DNA from: Candidatus Ozemobacteraceae bacterium
Lineage (GTDB): Bacteria; Muiribacteriota; Ozemobacteria; Ozemobacterales; Ozemobacteraceae
Direction: 5' to 3'
Length of the DNA: 64,000 bases
Assembly: GCA_965140445.1 (NCBI GenBank)
Contig: OZ223236.1
Span: 5,056,001 to 5,120,000 of the forward strand
Below, one piece after another: positions 38,037 through 47,495 of the stretch; the first letter of the stretch is position 1; each line of letters starts with the position of its first letter. The notes beneath the pieces were generated by a model. That model saw only the letters and a list, made by a program, of their open reading frames with translations. It made no database searches and was not told the origin of the DNA. A program made the position numbers and the translations under genes.

Positions 38037-38404
38037 GGCAAAACACACCAAACTCGATTCACATCATTGCAGACTTTTCAGGATGCAATACCAAATACCT
38101 TTCATCAAGTACAGAAGGGCAAAAAATTCTCGAAGCGACTATTCAAGATTCAGGTTTGAGCTGCATCGCAATCCGAGCACACCAATTCATCCCCGATGGA
38201 TATACTGCAGCAGCACTTTTAGTTGAGTCACATATCAGCCTGCACACCTGGCCAGAGTTTAAATCGGTACAAATAGATATATTTACATGTGGTGATCACC
38301 AGAAGGCTGAAAAAGCCTATGAGAGTCTCAAAAATAGTTTCTCGCCAACTGAAATTTCGGAAAAAATTCTTTACCGAAACCTTAAGGAAATTAAAGAAAA
38401 ATAG
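38024..38404 (+). CDS. speD: S-adenosylmethionine decarboxylase proenzyme
   Basis: HIIADF, HQFIPDGYT, LVE|SHISLHTWPE, DIFTCG. Confidence 0.92.
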   Translation: MDSLRQNTPNSIHIIADFSGCNTKYLSSSTEGQKILEATIQDSGLSCIAIRAHQFIPDGYTAAALLVESHISLHTWPEFKSVQIDIFTCGDHQKAEKAYESLKNSFSPTEISEKILYRNLKEIKEK

Positions 38405-38428
38405 GGCCCCGCTAACGCGGAGCCCTTT
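38404..38428. terminator. Terminator between speD and hflC
   Basis: GGGCCCCGC-TAAC-GCGGAGCCC; pairs fully (with G-U) on the minus strand. Confidence 0.7.
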
Positions 38429-38468
38429 GGTTGAAAGATTACCAAAACAGGTTATTTAGCTTCCTTAA

Positions 38469-39377
38469 CTATTTTGAAGGACTTTTTAAATACCTGTAGA
38501 AGTCAGACTCTGTGGAAATAACTAATTTGCTGTTCGATTTTATTGTTTTATCCATGGCTTCAAGTGTACGATAAAACGAGTAGAATTCTGGGTCTGAGCC
38601 ATACGCATCGGCATAAATTCTTGCAGCTTCAGCATCTGCTTGCCCCTTGATTTCTTCAGCCTTTCTATAAGCTTCAGATTCAATTCTTTTTAGCTCTTTA
38701 CCCATTTCACCAAGAATTTCAGCCCTGATACCTTCGCCTTCTGATCTATATTCAGCCGCTACTTTGTTTCTTTCAGAAACCATTCTTTCATATACTCTTT
38801 CCCTTACTTTTTCTACGTAGTTTAAGCGCTTAATTAAAACGTCTACAAGCTTAATACCGTATTCAAGAGTATTAACGCTGGCCTTGGCAAGAATATTAGC
38901 AAGTATTTCATCTCTATTTCGTCTTGTATCACCGGCTTCAGCTCTCACATCATCATCGCCCTTGTAAGTGCTTCCTCGAACAAGATCCACCAGATAGTTA
39001 CCGGAAACCGCATCTCTGACAACTGAGTCAATAATATCATCCAAACGACTTTGTGCCCCTGAAACAGTTGCAACAGTTGTGTAAAACTTTAAAGGATCAA
39101 CAATCTTCCATCTGGCAGTCACATCTACCCAGATAAATTTTTTCTCTTTGGTCGTAATCTGATTTGGGTCTCCATCCCACTTAAGCATTCGCTTCTCAAA
39201 AGTATGAACCTCTTCAATTAATGGAAGTTTCCAATTTAAACCAGCAAAGCGAACATCTCCAACTGGTTTACCAAACCTGGTTACAATTGCCTGTTGTCCT
39301 TCATAAACAACAAATAAACTGCTATATACAAATACTAAAGTTAATAAAACTATAATTCCAAGAATTGTTTTTTTCAT
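38469..39377 (-). CDS. hflC: FtsH protease modulator HflC
   Basis: QAIVTRFGKP, RMVSER, RSEGE, DPEFYSFYRTLEA. Confidence 0.93.
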   Translation of the reverse strand: MKKTILGIIVLLTLVFVYSSLFVVYEGQQAIVTRFGKPVGDVRFAGLNWKLPLIEEVHTFEKRMLKWDGDPNQITTKEKKFIWVDVTARWKIVDPLKFYTTVATVSGAQSRLDDIIDSVVRDAVSGNYLVDLVRGSTYKGDDDVRAEAGDTRRNRDEILANILAKASVNTLEYGIKLVDVLIKRLNYVEKVRERVYERMVSERNKVAAEYRSEGEGIRAEILGEMGKELKRIESEAYRKAEEIKGQADAEAARIYADAYGSDPEFYSFYRTLEAMDKTIKSNSKLVISTESDFYRYLKSPSK

Positions 39378-40438
39378 TTCTGGGCACCTCCAAGAAGATT
39401 TCCTTTCAGGGCACCGCTGTTTTGATTATCCTGCAAAGGTAAGATTGGCAAAACCGAGGAGCTTTTTCCATCTGGGTCGAGAATATATGTCTCCCGAAGT
39501 CTCGGAAGAACATTTTCTAAGGTTTCCAAATAAAGTCTCCGCCTGGTGACTTCCGGTGATCTCTTGTATTCTGTCAATATTGCCAAGAACTTCTGAACTT
39601 CACCCTTTGAATTATTAACACGCTCCAACGCATAGCCTTCTGCCTCCTGAAGAGTTCTTTTTGCCTCCCCTTTAGCCTTTGGAACCATCTTGTTATACTG
39701 CTCACGAGCTTGAAGAATCATACTTTCTTTTTGCTGCTCTGCTTCATTAACCCCATTAAAAGCCGCTTTTACCTTTTCAGGAGGATTAACGTCCTGGAAT
39801 TTTACGGTAACAATTCTAACTCCCAGCTCATAGCTATCCAATGTTTTCTGAAGTTCCTTTTGAATTTTCACTGCAAGAGTTGATCTCTCGGTTGTAAGAA
39901 CATCTGTAACATTAGAATCGCCAATAATAGTTCTTACAACAGCCTCAGAAATATCTCTAATAGTCGTTACTGGATCATTCACATTAAACAGATACTTTGC
40001 TGGATCAGAAATTTGAAATTGAACAATCCATTCAAGATCACTAACATTTAAATCACCAGTCAAAACCAAAGACTCATCATCAAAACCATCTTTATTGTAA
40101 GAGGTTCTAACTCCAGCACTTTTAGTTCTAAATCCAAATTCCTCTTTAAGAACCCTTCCTGTTTTTACAAGCACAACTCTGTCTACACCAAAAGGAAACT
40201 TAAAATGCAGGCCTGGTTGTGCTAAACCATAAAATTTTCCAAATCTCAAAATAACTGCAGTTTCTTCTGTTCCTACTTTATAAAAAGAACCAAGAGAGCC
40301 ACCCACAATTATCAGGATTATAACAATGCCAACTATAGCTTTCACAAGATTTTCGCCCTCTGGAAGGTTTAACTGTCGCACATTGTTTACAACAGCATCT
40401 TCCACATTCTTATTGGGATTATTATTTCCGAATTCCAT
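39374..40438 (-). CDS. hflK: FtsH protease modulator HflK
   Basis: PGLHFKFPFGVD, LTGDLN, PPEKVKAAF, PEVTRRRLYLETLE; start refined to ATG 40438 behind GGAG. Confidence 0.93.
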   Translation of the reverse strand: MEFGNNNPNKNVEDAVVNNVRQLNLPEGENLVKAIVGIVIILIIVGGSLGSFYKVGTEETAVILRFGKFYGLAQPGLHFKFPFGVDRVVLVKTGRVLKEEFGFRTKSAGVRTSYNKDGFDDESLVLTGDLNVSDLEWIVQFQISDPAKYLFNVNDPVTTIRDISEAVVRTIIGDSNVTDVLTTERSTLAVKIQKELQKTLDSYELGVRIVTVKFQDVNPPEKVKAAFNGVNEAEQQKESMILQAREQYNKMVPKAKGEAKRTLQEAEGYALERVNNSKGEVQKFLAILTEYKRSPEVTRRRLYLETLENVLPRLRETYILDPDGKSSSVLPILPLQDNQNSGALKGNLLGGAQK

Positions 40439-40539
40439 AAGTTCTCCAAAATTAAAAATATGACTAATCCTTACACATTCGGCTTGCATTTTCAATGCTA
40501 AACTCCTAGGATATAAGTAGAGTAAGATGGAGGATTTAG

Positions 40540-40695
40540 ATGAAACAGTGGGAGAATTACATTTACGGCTTTTCTGGCGCAGCTTTAAGTGCTCTAGGTG
40601 TTTTGTTCGTTATTCTTGGCATCGGAAGCTTGTTTTTATCATTCGCAGCATTTTTCATGGTTTTTAAAAAGAAAACAGGGTTTCGCTTATTCTAA
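40540..40695 (+). CDS. Small membrane protein (51 aa), not in the ORF track
   Basis: GGAGG RBS; MKQWENYIYGFSGAALSALGVLFVILGIGSLFLSFAAFFMVFKKKTGFRLF. Confidence 0.65.
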   Translation: MKQWENYIYGFSGAALSALGVLFVILGIGSLFLSFAAFFMVFKKKTGFRLF

Positions 40696-40719
40696 ATTTG
40701 CTTACACAAATGGAAACCT

Positions 40720-43700
40720 ATGGCGAACTGGCTTTCATATATTTTTGGTCAAGCTGACTACTTTTCTTATTTTCACGGCATTCTATTCGTTTTGCTTGCC
40801 GCGATTATTAATATTATCCCGAATAAATTTCGCGATAAGTATTCTCTTCAGTGGTGCTCTGCAACATTCTTTCTGATTGGAATAGTTAAAATAGCTAATC
40901 CAATAATATTTGGTAGAATATTTTCAGCCCCATCCTTTCCTCAACAAGCATTACAATTATTAAGCGTTTTTATCTTCGCTGAATTCTCACGCAGAAATTG
41001 GGAAACTGCTTTTGGATTTAAACTATCCTCATTTATTCATTTTCCTCTGCTAATTATATCCGCCTCTATTTTATTTGTGACCCAAAATCTTTATTCTGGG
41101 CCGGGTGGCATATTAATAGGCATCCTATTTTTATTTTCTGCAGTGCAATTATTTCAGATCATCGTAAAAAAGAACAAAACCGAGCCAGAAATTTGGATTA
41201 CTGTCATTTCCGCCCTACTTCTTTCCACCTCTCAGATTTCAAGTGCCTTGCCTGGATTCAAACCAATGCTTTCAGTCCAAAGCATTGATCAATTGTTTGA
41301 AATTTACCTATCACAATTTGTACAAATCCTTTCTTTAGTAATTTTATCTTTTTCCATAGCGTTAAGTCGCCTCAGACACGATACCAGCGAGCGATTGCTC
41401 GAAAGCAAATCCAAAATTAGTCACCTGTCCCCGCTGCTTTTAGTAGCCATATTTTTCACCATAAATCTTGGTGGAGCTGCAGGAAATGCGTATCTTGAAA
41501 ACATTGAAAAATTAAAAATAATTTCAAGCTTAAATCTTTCAAGTGAATCACTAGGAAAAGTGGTAAACCAAAGAATTCAGTTTGCAACAACTTCTTCAAA
41601 CCTTATTGCTGCAACACCAGCCATTAGATCATATATGCAAAACCCTACTCCAGAAGCAACTAAGCTGCTAGATGAAGTAATGCAGACGTTTCTGGTAAAT
41701 TTCCCAGATGGCATGTGTTATATAATGGACATACAAGGAACAGTTTTAGCATGCTCTACGGATAAAGAGCTGATGCTTGGAAAGAATTTCAGATTTCGCC
41801 CATATTTCCAGGACGCTATAAAAGGGCAAAACGGCAGAATGATTGCCCTGGGGAAAGTCACTTATAAAGTAGGGTTTTACTCAAGTTTTCCAATTTTCGA
41901 CAATGACAAAAAAACAATTCTTGGTGTTTGTTGTGTAAAAAGAAATCTTGATGATTTAGAAACCTACTTTAAACTTTACCATCCGGTCATGCTTCTTGAC
42001 TCTACGAATAAAATTTTCATGTCAAGCGACAAATCTATTGTCGGAACAAGGATCTCTCTTCCTATTAAACGCCTGAGGGCTAATGAACCAACCTCTTTTA
42101 TGCATATCAGCGGAATTCCCAAAAGTTTCAGCACAGAAAATTATGCCCACACACTTAGGCCTCTAAATCTTCAAAATTGGAGTCTACTGCTGTTGAATAA
42201 TGCCAATTCAATACCAGAAAGCAAGTCGAAGCTAACTTTATTGTTCTTCTTGTTATCAATAATCTCTGTGACTTTTCTTTTTGGACACATAAAAAACTTT
42301 GATGCCCTCTACCAATTTGAAAACGCTCAAAAACAATTCAAATCCATTTTTATGAATGCCCCGGAAAGCATCATCATAGTCTCTCCTAAGACTCTCCAGA
42401 TACACGCAGCAAACGAAAGTATGCTCAAACAATTTGAGTTAAACAGCAGTCCAGTTGGCATGCTATTTACTGATTTATTACCAGAAAATACTTTTGACAT
42501 GCTTCCAGAATCTATACAAAACTATGAATCCCAGTCGTTTATAATTGAAAATAAGTTTAGAAGAGCATCTGGAGAGCTATTTACCGCAGAAGTTACAGGA
42601 ACTATAACAGAATTCAATGGAGAATCAGCTGTATTGCTTTTCTTGAGAGATATTTCTGTAAGAAAACAAACCGAAAATAAGCTTAGAGAAGCCAAAAACT
42701 CTGCAGAAGAAGCCAACAGAATAAAAAGTCGATTCCTGGCCAACACCAGTCATGAAATTAGAACGCCAATGACAGCAATCATAGGACTCACCGAAATTGC
42801 CATGGGCCAAAGCCAGAATCCAGAACAAAGCAAAATTCTTGAACTTATCCAATCTTCTGGAAGATCCCTTCTAGACCTTTTAAATGATATTCTCGATTTA
42901 TCTAAGATTGAAGCTGGAAAAATGGAAATAGACCTCGTTCCATTTGAACTAAAAGATCTTGTAGATAAAGTCATGCAAATTGTCAGCTTCAAAGCAGAAA
43001 AGAAAAAACTAAAAACCTCATGGTCGATCCAGGATGAAATTCCAGAAACGATTATTTCTGATCCACAAAGAATTCGCCAGGTTTTACTAAATCTTTTAAC
43101 TAATTCCCTAAAATTCACACAAAGAGGGGAGATTAGCCTTAAAATATCTCTAAAAACTAATGATAGAGCAGATTTTTTAATAGATTTTTCTGTGACAGAT
43201 ACTGGTCCTGGGATTCCACCGGAAATACAAAATCAACTTTTCAAGGCTTTTTCTAACAATCTAAATCCTTATGCCCCAGGCGAAAATAGTGGAGCAGGCC
43301 TGGGTCTTGCAATATGCAAACAAATAGTAGAAATGCTTGGGGGAAGCATTTCCGTAGAATCATCCCCAGGTCATGGATCAACATTCAGGTTTTCAATTCC
43401 GACTCGAAAAGCCCAGAAAACAGAAAAGGAAGAAATTAACTTAATTTCTGACAAAACACAGCTTAAATTAGTATTAAAAGACGAACCCTTGAAAATTCTG
43501 ATTGCAGATGACAATGAGACCAACCTTTTCCTGGCAAGCACTATCGTTGAACAGCATGGTGGAGCACCAACCTGTGTGAAAGATGGAATTGAAGTTCTTA
43601 GCATTCTTGAAAGAAAAAGCTTTGATATAATTCTTTTAGATATCCAGATGCCAAGGCTTGATGGATTATCCACAATTAAGAGGTTAAGAGAGCACAGCAA

Positions 43701-44298
43701 CTCTTCACATCGCGGAGTTCCAATTATCGCAATTAGTGCTTTTGCAGCAGACAATGAAAAGAAAAAAGCAATAAAAGCAGGCGCTGATTTTTATCTATCT
43801 AAGCCATATTTTCCAAACGACCTCATAAATGCTATCAAACTTGTTTTATCACCCTCAGCAAGTTATCAGGAAATGTTAGTAACTGATAACAATCCCAACA
43901 AAGAACAGCGAGTTGATTTATCAGAAAACACTGATGCTTCTGATCATCCACAATTAAAGCATATTAATTCACGAGAGCTTGAGTTCAGAGTTTTAAAAAA
44001 ACCAGAAAACATCAGGCAGATATATTTAATCTATCAAAAACGTTCAAAACTATTGGTAGAAAAGCTTAATGAAGCCAAAAATTTGAGTGATCCTGATTTG
44101 ATGAAAGAAACCGCCCACTCAATAAAGGGGTTAGTTGGAATGCTGGCCGCTTCAAATGCTTATAATACAGCAAGAGAGATTGAAACTCTTGCCAAAGAAG
44201 GAAATATAATTAAAGCCAGTACATACGTTGAAGAAATGAACACATATATTTTGGAAATCGGTGAAGATTTAAAAATCTTGATTGACAGTTTTCAATAA
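40720..44298 (+). CDS. Hybrid sensor histidine kinase (multi-TM, Cache, PAS, HisKA, HATPase, REC, Hpt)
   Basis: FRPYFQDA (Cache); FLANTSHEIRTPM; NLLTNSLKFT; DTGPGI; GAGLGLAIC; LDIQMP; AHSIKG (Hpt). Confidence 0.93.
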   Translation: MANWLSYIFGQADYFSYFHGILFVLLAAIINIIPNKFRDKYSLQWCSATFFLIGIVKIANPIIFGRIFSAPSFPQQALQLLSVFIFAEFSRRNWETAFGFKLSSFIHFPLLIISASILFVTQNLYSGPGGILIGILFLFSAVQLFQIIVKKNKTEPEIWITVISALLLSTSQISSALPGFKPMLSVQSIDQLFEIYLSQFVQILSLVILSFSIALSRLRHDTSERLLESKSKISHLSPLLLVAIFFTINLGGAAGNAYLENIEKLKIISSLNLSSESLGKVVNQRIQFATTSSNLIAATPAIRSYMQNPTPEATKLLDEVMQTFLVNFPDGMCYIMDIQGTVLACSTDKELMLGKNFRFRPYFQDAIKGQNGRMIALGKVTYKVGFYSSFPIFDNDKKTILGVCCVKRNLDDLETYFKLYHPVMLLDSTNKIFMSSDKSIVGTRISLPIKRLRANEPTSFMHISGIPKSFSTENYAHTLRPLNLQNWSLLLLNNANSIPESKSKLTLLFFLLSIISVTFLFGHIKNFDALYQFENAQKQFKSIFMNAPESIIIVSPKTLQIHAANESMLKQFELNSSPVGMLFTDLLPENTFDMLPESIQNYESQSFIIENKFRRASGELFTAEVTGTITEFNGESAVLLFLRDISVRKQTENKLREAKNSAEEANRIKSRFLANTSHEIRTPMTAIIGLTEIAMGQSQNPEQSKILELIQSSGRSLLDLLNDILDLSKIEAGKMEIDLVPFELKDLVDKVMQIVSFKAEKKKLKTSWSIQDEIPETIISDPQRIRQVLLNLLTNSLKFTQRGEISLKISLKTNDRADFLIDFSVTDTGPGIPPEIQNQLFKAFSNNLNPYAPGENSGAGLGLAICKQIVEMLGGSISVESSPGHGSTFRFSIPTRKAQKTEKEEINLISDKTQLKLVLKDEPLKILIADDNETNLFLASTIVEQHGGAPTCVKDGIEVLSILERKSFDIILLDIQMPRLDGLSTIKRLREHSNSSHRGVPIIAISAFAADNEKKKAIKAGADFYLSKPYFPNDLINAIKLVLSPSASYQEMLVTDNNPNKEQRVDLSENTDASDHPQLKHINSRELEFRVLKKPENIRQIYLIYQKRSKLLVEKLNEAKNLSDPDLMKETAHSIKGLVGMLAASNAYNTAREIETLAKEGNIIKASTYVEEMNTYILEIGEDLKILIDSFQ

Positions 44299-44380
44299 AG
44301 ATTTCTTTTTCAAATAATTTCTGTTAGTATCTCCCCGAGAAAATTACTGCTTTGCAAAACACTTCTAAGGGGATTAAAAA

Positions 44381-46123
44381 ATGAAAGGTCCACAATTTAA
44401 AAGGCTTTTGAAGCAATTTTTTAAATGGTTTGCTGCAATAGCTTTTATAATTTGCTACTTTTACCTTGGAAGCAAATTCGGTAAAAAGGCACAGGACACC
44501 TTTTCTGTTTTTGCGGGCGGACTCGGAATGTTCATTTTTGGTATGAACCTTATGAGCTCATCTTTACAGAGAATTGCCGGCGATAAACTCAAAAATATAA
44601 TCTCCACTCTAACAAAGAATCCTTTTTTAGCAATGATCACTGGCGCTTTTGTTACAGCTGTTATTCAAAGTAGCTCCGCAACAACAGTTATGACAGTTGG
44701 CTTTGTTAACGCCGGGTTAATGAATCTAAGTCAGGCAATAGGAATTATTCTAGGAGCAAACATTGGTACCACAATTACTGCCCAATTAATCGCATTCAAA
44801 TTAACCGATATAGCATGGCCTATTCTCGCTCTTGGCAGCGCTCTTGTAATGTTCAGCAAGACTAGAAGAAACCGCTCCTGGGGAGAAACCATGATTGGAT
44901 TTGCACTTCTCTTTTTGGGCATGAAATTCATGGGTGGATCACTTAAAGCTTACAGAGAACACGAAGTTTTCAAGCAGACCTTCATATATCTTTCACAAAA
45001 TAGATTACTTGGAGTTTTTGCAGGTCTGTTGGTTACTTTTATCGTGCAAAGCAGCTCGGCAACAGTCGGTTTGACAATGAGTTTAATTGGCACCGGAGCA
45101 TTTGGGGACGACCCTAAACTTGCCCTGATGGCAGCAGTTCCAATAATTCTTGGAGATAACATTGGGACCTGTATAACTGCAATGCTATCGTCCATAGGAG
45201 CCACAGATAATGCCAAGCGAACTGCTTTAGCCCATACTCTCTTTAATATCCTTGGGACAGTATTGGTTCTTCCATTTCTTGATTCATTTACCACTTTGAT
45301 GCTTCAAAGTTCTCCAGATCCAATGAGGCAAGTTGCAAATTCCCACACCGCCTTCAATGTTGTAAATGGGCTTATTTTTCTTCCTTTAACGGGATTTTTA
45401 AAGAAAATGGTTCTTATAATTATCCCGCCGTCTGAAGATGAAGAAAGCTCGCACGCTAAAAGCCTGGACAAAAGAATTTTGGCAACTCCCCCAATAGCAA
45501 TTGGGCAAACAGAAGATTACTTTTCCAAAACCTCTGAGTTAATCCAGAATATGTTTTCTGGGGCAGAGAGGCTCTTAGAAAAAAAAGACCAGGATGTGGA
45601 CGAATTAAACAAATTAGAATCTAAATTTGCCAGCAACTCAAAACAACTTGCTCAACAATCTAGAGAATTAAATAAATTCCTGGTAGCTTTAGCTCAGAAA
45701 GACCTTACTGAACAACAGAGTAAACAGGTTACCAGAATGCTATATTTAACAAAAGATCTTGAAATACTTTGCTACCAGCTAATAAAGCTATCCAGTATAT
45801 TATGTGAACAATTTGAAGAGAGTTTTCGCTTTAGTGAGGACGCACGCGAAGAACTATTTATATGCTTCTCCCGCGTAAGAGAACTGTTCGAACAGGCGAA
45901 TAGCAATATCAATGTTTCAGACGATGAAGCTGAAAAAATAAAACATGCAATATATAGCAGTTCAATTCTAGACAAGGCTGCGCGAAATAACCACCTGGAT
46001 CGAATAAAGCAAGGGAAACAGGACCCCATGGCGGGAATAGCTTTCCTTGATGCATTAAGAACCATTGGAAACATGCTGTCTTCTATAGACCATTTTACTG
46101 AACATAAGCTTTTTAAATTCTAA
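44381..46123 (+). CDS. Na+/Pi cotransporter family protein with PhoU-like C-terminus
   Basis: Two QSSSAT repeats; GANIGTT and GDNIGTC; helical C-terminal domain. Confidence 0.92.
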   Translation: MKGPQFKRLLKQFFKWFAAIAFIICYFYLGSKFGKKAQDTFSVFAGGLGMFIFGMNLMSSSLQRIAGDKLKNIISTLTKNPFLAMITGAFVTAVIQSSSATTVMTVGFVNAGLMNLSQAIGIILGANIGTTITAQLIAFKLTDIAWPILALGSALVMFSKTRRNRSWGETMIGFALLFLGMKFMGGSLKAYREHEVFKQTFIYLSQNRLLGVFAGLLVTFIVQSSSATVGLTMSLIGTGAFGDDPKLALMAAVPIILGDNIGTCITAMLSSIGATDNAKRTALAHTLFNILGTVLVLPFLDSFTTLMLQSSPDPMRQVANSHTAFNVVNGLIFLPLTGFLKKMVLIIIPPSEDEESSHAKSLDKRILATPPIAIGQTEDYFSKTSELIQNMFSGAERLLEKKDQDVDELNKLESKFASNSKQLAQQSRELNKFLVALAQKDLTEQQSKQVTRMLYLTKDLEILCYQLIKLSSILCEQFEESFRFSEDAREELFICFSRVRELFEQANSNINVSDDEAEKIKHAIYSSSILDKAARNNHLDRIKQGKQDPMAGIAFLDALRTIGNMLSSIDHFTEHKLFKF

Positions 46124-47047
46124 GTGAACTTTCCAACTATAAATTTTTCTTCTGAGTTTTACCTGAAACATTTTGGAGAAAGGATTCAAAGAATACCTCT
46201 CTCCTCAGGGTTCAGCTGCCCAAATAGAGATGGATCTAAATCCAGAGAAGGCTGCATATATTGTAACAACAATAGCTTTTCCCCATTCTATATAGACGCA
46301 AACGATTCAATTTCTACACAGCTCGAAAAGGGAATTTCCTTTTTTGCTTCCAAATACAAAACCAAGAGATTCCTGGCCTATTTTCAAACATATTCATCAA
46401 CTTATGGCAGCTTGGAACAAATCAAAAGCAAAGTGGAAGAAGCACTTAAACATCCTCAAATTGAGGGCATAATACTGGGCACAAGGCCTGACTGTATTGA
46501 TTCAGAAAAACTCTTGTTGTTAAAATCAATTTGTAAAAGTAATTTTCTAAAAATTGAGTTAGGAATAGAATCATTTTCACAAAAAACTTTGGATTTTTTA
46601 AACCGATCTCACAGCGTTGAAGAATCAAAGCAAGCCATTGCCCTAATAAAATCCAACAATATATTCTGCGGGGTACATTTAATTCTCGGACTTCCTAATG
46701 AAACTAACGATTTTATAGCAAATTCCGCAAAAGCCATCTCCAAATTGAAAGTGGATTTTGTGAAACTTCATCATCTGCAAGTTATAAAAGAAACTAAACT
46801 GGCAGACATTTATGCAAAGTCCCCTGAATCACTGAATCTTCAATCAAAAACCTCTTATCAAAAGCTGCTGTTTGAATTTCTTCAAAACCTTTCGCCTGAT
46901 ATTTACGTGGAAAGGTTCTTAAATAGAGTTCCTGCAAAGTATTTAATTGCACCAATCTGGGGAGGAATTACTGAATCTGAGTTTAGGAAAGATCTGGTTT
47001 TTCAAATGGAAAAACTTGAATTTTTTCAGGGAAAAAGTAATTGCTGA
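46124..47047 (+). CDS. Radical SAM protein, YhcC/TIGR01212 family
   Basis: GFSCPNRDG..GCIYC, YFQTYSSTY, GTRPDC, ELGIES, HLILGLP, KLHHL. Confidence 0.9.
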   Translation: MNFPTINFSSEFYLKHFGERIQRIPLSSGFSCPNRDGSKSREGCIYCNNNSFSPFYIDANDSISTQLEKGISFFASKYKTKRFLAYFQTYSSTYGSLEQIKSKVEEALKHPQIEGIILGTRPDCIDSEKLLLLKSICKSNFLKIELGIESFSQKTLDFLNRSHSVEESKQAIALIKSNNIFCGVHLILGLPNETNDFIANSAKAISKLKVDFVKLHHLQVIKETKLADIYAKSPESLNLQSKTSYQKLLFEFLQNLSPDIYVERFLNRVPAKYLIAPIWGGITESEFRKDLVFQMEKLEFFQGKSNC

Positions 47048-47163
47048 TTTTTTAGCACCAAAATGCTGATTTTTTTCACACATTAAGCTGCCGATAATAT
47101 ATATTAGAAATTCTTTTTTCACTGTACACCGTTGTTTGAGCAAATTATCTAATTTGAACAATG

Positions 47164-47180
47164 TTGGCACAAAATATGCA
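47164..47180 (+). promoter_or_regulatory. Sigma54 (-24/-12) promoter
   Basis: TTGGCAC-AAAAT-ATGCA; GG-N10-GC spacing; 35 nt before the ORF at 47216. Confidence 0.65.
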
Positions 47181-47215
47181 TTATATATTACAAAGCTTAT
47201 AGGGGTTTATTAACA

Positions 47216-47446
47216 ATGAAAAACAAAGGCCTAAAGATTTTCTTTATAGCAGCCTTTCTTTTAGCTTCGGGTTTATCTTATTCCCAAGGCTTAATTTCTC
47301 CTGAAAAAGTTTTTAAAAGCATAGTATCCCTCTATGCGCCAGCTTCTCCAGAAAGCGCAAATGAAGTTTCCATGAGTTTCGGAAAAGAGTTGAAGCCCGA
47401 CTTTATACCAGAAAATGGAAACCATCAGCGACAATTTCTCAAATAG
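47216..47446 (+). CDS. Small exported hypothetical protein (76 aa)
   Basis: AGGGG RBS; signal-peptide-like N-terminus. Confidence 0.65.
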   Translation: MKNKGLKIFFIAAFLLASGLSYSQGLISPEKVFKSIVSLYAPASPESANEVSMSFGKELKPDFIPENGNHQRQFLK

Positions 47447-47495
47447 TTACAGTCTTGATACCGAGCAAAAACCACACAATTATCTGGCCATTTTT

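Noticed and set aside
40598..40876. 92-aa ORF upstream of the hybrid kinase
   Set aside because: Overlaps the kinase out of frame; the 51-aa ORF at 40540 has the RBS and fits the gap
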